Positions 61,915-64,000 of a stretch of DNA of 64,000 bases are shown in pieces (positions within the stretch are counted from its first letter, which is position 1; every line of letters starts with the position of its first letter). The notes below the pieces were generated by a model. That model ran no database searches and was not told where the DNA came from. It worked only from the letters and a program-made list of their open reading frames with translations. Source of the DNA: a virus (taxonomy: Duplodnaviria; Caudoviricetes); IMG/VR virus record IMGVR_UViG_3300006752_000009; one strand, 5' to 3'. A program made the position numbers and the translations under genes.

Positions 61915-62646
61915 TCACCATCTAACTTTGAACTTGATCTTGATCTGCATATCTTCGTTGATAACCTGTTCTGGAGGTCGGGTGTCATAAGCATAGTTAA
62001 GCTCATTGACGAGGGAGAATACTTTATTGATTCTGAACTCAAGAGATCCTGTAGTTAAGATGCGGTAATCTTCGGGGTCAGTGAACAAAGGCTGAAAGTA
62101 AGTAATCAGTTGACCTTTGATACGGTTCTCCCATTCCTTGCCTACACGAATATAGGAGGTCGCTCTAGCATCAAGATTTCCTACCTCAAGAGTTGAGATA
62201 CGCTCATAGTCTGACATCCCACCGATACCTATAGCTAGGTGGTCGTTGAACATGGTGAACCTTAACCCACATCCTGCGAGCTGTCTCAAGGTTAGTAGTT
62301 GGAACTCGGCTGTCTGTACTTGAGTGAATACCTCTGTGCCGACATGATCCCACCACATAGCTGTCCATCTAAGGTGAGCGTAAGACTGATCTTGGAAAGG
62401 CTCTCCATCGCTTTCACCATAAGACATAGACCCAATGATGAGTGAGTGGTGTAGTCCTTTAATGTAGTCTGCTCTTAAGCCGAGTTGGTATTGGAATACT
62501 TGTACATTGCCTCTTTGGAGAGATAATCCAACTTCGTTAGAGCCATGTAGTCCTTGCTTATCCCCACCTCGATCAGACTCAATGTTTACTACTTGCCCCC
62601 AAGCGATGAATGGGAGCATTATAATAAAGATAAGCAAGGCTTTCAT
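61915..62646 (-). CDS. DUF481-like outer-membrane beta-barrel protein
   Basis: Signal peptide, alternating beta strands, YFQPLF.DPEDYR, YDTRPP, C-terminal Trp. Confidence 0.7.
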   Translation of the reverse strand: MKALLIFIIMLPFIAWGQVVNIESDRGGDKQGLHGSNEVGLSLQRGNVQVFQYQLGLRADYIKGLHHSLIIGSMSYGESDGEPFQDQSYAHLRWTAMWWDHVGTEVFTQVQTAEFQLLTLRQLAGCGLRFTMFNDHLAIGIGGMSDYERISTLEVGNLDARATSYIRVGKEWENRIKGQLITYFQPLFTDPEDYRILTTGSLEFRINKVFSLVNELNYAYDTRPPEQVINEDMQIKIKFKVRW

Positions 62647-63653
62647 TACAGGATCTCCACAGGATAATTCTCAAGTAGGAGTCTTGTAAGAGGACAACGC
62701 TTATTCTTTGCATGAGTCTCTAAATAAGGCACATGATTTCTACTCTTTGAGTGGAGACTGTGAGCTACTTCACCCGAATAGAGAATGAGATCAGTGATCG
62801 CCTTGTGAGAAGCTCTTGCACAGCTAGGTTTAAATCCTAGAGGACCAGCTACCATACGCTTAGGCTTCTGATTGAGTAAGCAAGCACCACCAAGAGCCTT
62901 ACTTGCATTACAGTTTAAACCTTGACAGCGTGTACTGAAATAAGACCCTGCTTCTGGATGCTTGTTCTCTACCATACGAGCTAGGCTATTAACCTTTTTC
63001 TCTAGTTTACGGAGAGCGACTTCAACATCATTTTGAACAGCTTTGGTGTAGCCATAGTTCCCACTAGCCGCTGTCTTGGTGCTTGCCATTCGACTCATGC
63101 CTCTATAGATCTTCATCGCCATAGCGTTGTTGGAAGCGGCGTATTCAAAGAGCTTTTCTGCGTCTTGATCTACCAATTCTTCTTCGATCTCACGAACAGA
63201 AACACCATAGTGGTCTGCTATATGCTTTAGGATCTTTAACTTCTCTTGTGGAGAAATGCTGTTCAGATACCTTGCGTTCTCAGCACCAGACCCTGCTGTC
63301 TTGCTCATGTATGCGTTAGCAACTCTACTTGCTTGACGCAACACAGACCTAGATTTAGATACCAAGTCCTCAACTTCTTTTTTAAGCCTGTTGATGTTCT
63401 TGTCGGCTTTTTCCATCGCCCTGTAGTAGTGGTCGAAACTAGGGTTATAAAAATCACTACCATGTGTATCTACTAGGTCTTGCTCGTTTTCTTCAGCTTC
63501 AATCCAGTTCTGATAGACCCTTCGGTCAATCATGCCGAGATCGAAAAGACCTTTGATGTCCATGTCATCAATGCACTTTTCAGCTTTGTCTATTTGAGAT
63601 TGGATCTCTAAGGAGTTTTCAATCAGACTTTCGGATACTTCGTGCCTACTCAT
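62646..63653 (-). CDS. Hypothetical multi-segment protein, putative virion protein
   Basis: Start reassigned to MSRHEV; RQASRVANAYMSKTAG and RMASTKTAAS linkers. Confidence 0.55.
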   Translation of the reverse strand: MSRHEVSESLIENSLEIQSQIDKAEKCIDDMDIKGLFDLGMIDRRVYQNWIEAEENEQDLVDTHGSDFYNPSFDHYYRAMEKADKNINRLKKEVEDLVSKSRSVLRQASRVANAYMSKTAGSGAENARYLNSISPQEKLKILKHIADHYGVSVREIEEELVDQDAEKLFEYAASNNAMAMKIYRGMSRMASTKTAASGNYGYTKAVQNDVEVALRKLEKKVNSLARMVENKHPEAGSYFSTRCQGLNCNASKALGGACLLNQKPKRMVAGPLGFKPSCARASHKAITDLILYSGEVAHSLHSKSRNHVPYLETHAKNKRCPLTRLLLENYPVEIL

Positions 63654-63654
63654 T

Positions 63655-64000
63655 TCACCACTCCAAGTCGTCAATGATGTCGTAATGGGCGAGGCGATCA
63701 AGTGCTGTCATGCCAGATGGTTTACCTTTTGATCCTCCTCCCTCATTCTTTTTGACCCTTGCTGGATCTAAGCCTTTAGGACCCATTGCACCCTCGTATT
63801 TCTCCCAATCTTTCCCAAAGTTCTTTTTTTGTTCCTCATAAGAGTCTTTAACATCTTTTGGGCTATGGTGTTTATGGCTCTTGACTCTTGATTCTTTATC
63901 GAAGTCTGCCATGATGCCCATGTCATCAATGATTTCGTCATCAATGTCATCAATGATTTCGTCATCAAGATCATCAATGATTTCGTCATCAAGATCATCA
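63655..64000 (-). CDS. Partial ORF (start beyond window end) with acidic DDLDDEII repeats
   Basis: Open frame continues upstream of the MGIMADF given in the ORF track. Confidence 0.65.
   Translation of the reverse strand, partial: DDLDDEIIDDLDDEIIDDIDDEIIDDMGIMADFDKESRVKSHKHHSPKDVKDSYEEQKKNFGKDWEKYEGAMGPKGLDPARVKKNEGGGSKGKPSGMTALDRLAHYDIIDDLEW
63921..64000. repeat. 24-bp tandem repeat (at least 3.3 copies) encoding DD(L/I)DDEII on the minus strand
   Basis: Units 63921-63944, 63945-63968, 63969-63992, partial to window end. Confidence 0.9.

Noticed and set aside
638-63998. Many antisense or overlapping ORFs in the track (e.g. 638, 1178, 4210, 11978, 13466, 29945, 34795, 35046, 42430, 51602, 63768)
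   Set aside because: They are shadows of longer genes with recognisable motifs or overlap tRNA genes, and lack SD sites
63921-64000. CRISPR-like array
   Set aside because: Contiguous tandem repeats without spacers, in a coding frame; no cas genes; none of the other repeats have repeat-spacer periodicity
1-64000. Stop-codon reassignment (alternative genetic code)
   Set aside because: Long intact ORFs in code 11; TAA, TAG and TGA all end well-defined genes; no suppressor tRNA seen

Overview
64-kb segment of a large (jumbo-type) contractile-tailed bacteriophage genome: standard genetic code, strong AGGAG Shine-Dalgarno sites, probably a Gram-negative host (lipoproteins, a DUF481 outer-membrane barrel). 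It carries virion genes (1616-aa tail sheath, head-tail/tail-completion-like proteins, a Gly/Ser/Thr-repeat fibre, a paralogous structural triplet), nucleotide-metabolism genes (thyX, pyrD, a pyrF-pyrE fusion, MazG, DUF3310), an ATP-dependent DNA ligase, an actin-family ATPase, multi-HTH proteins and a tRNA array. Three things stand out. (1) A repeated promoter + conserved 5'UTR + 20-aa leader (MRRSASEIIRNLEMRIARLE) cassette is fused to at least 7-8 mostly unrelated cargo ORFs; one copy is flanked by a 21-bp direct repeat suggesting insertion. This is a candidate capsid-targeting / cargo-shuffling system. (2) The tRNA array mixes 8 canonical tRNAs with deviant tRNA-like genes (two lacking the anticodon arm, several with mis-sized or greatly extended anticodon arms), trailer hairpins and large structured non-coding spacers. 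(3) A second repeated motif, GTAACCCCTTATYTAT, delimits small-gene cassettes and often supplies the stop codon of the upstream gene. All family assignments are by motif recognition and RNA structures are folded by eye; no database searches were run.
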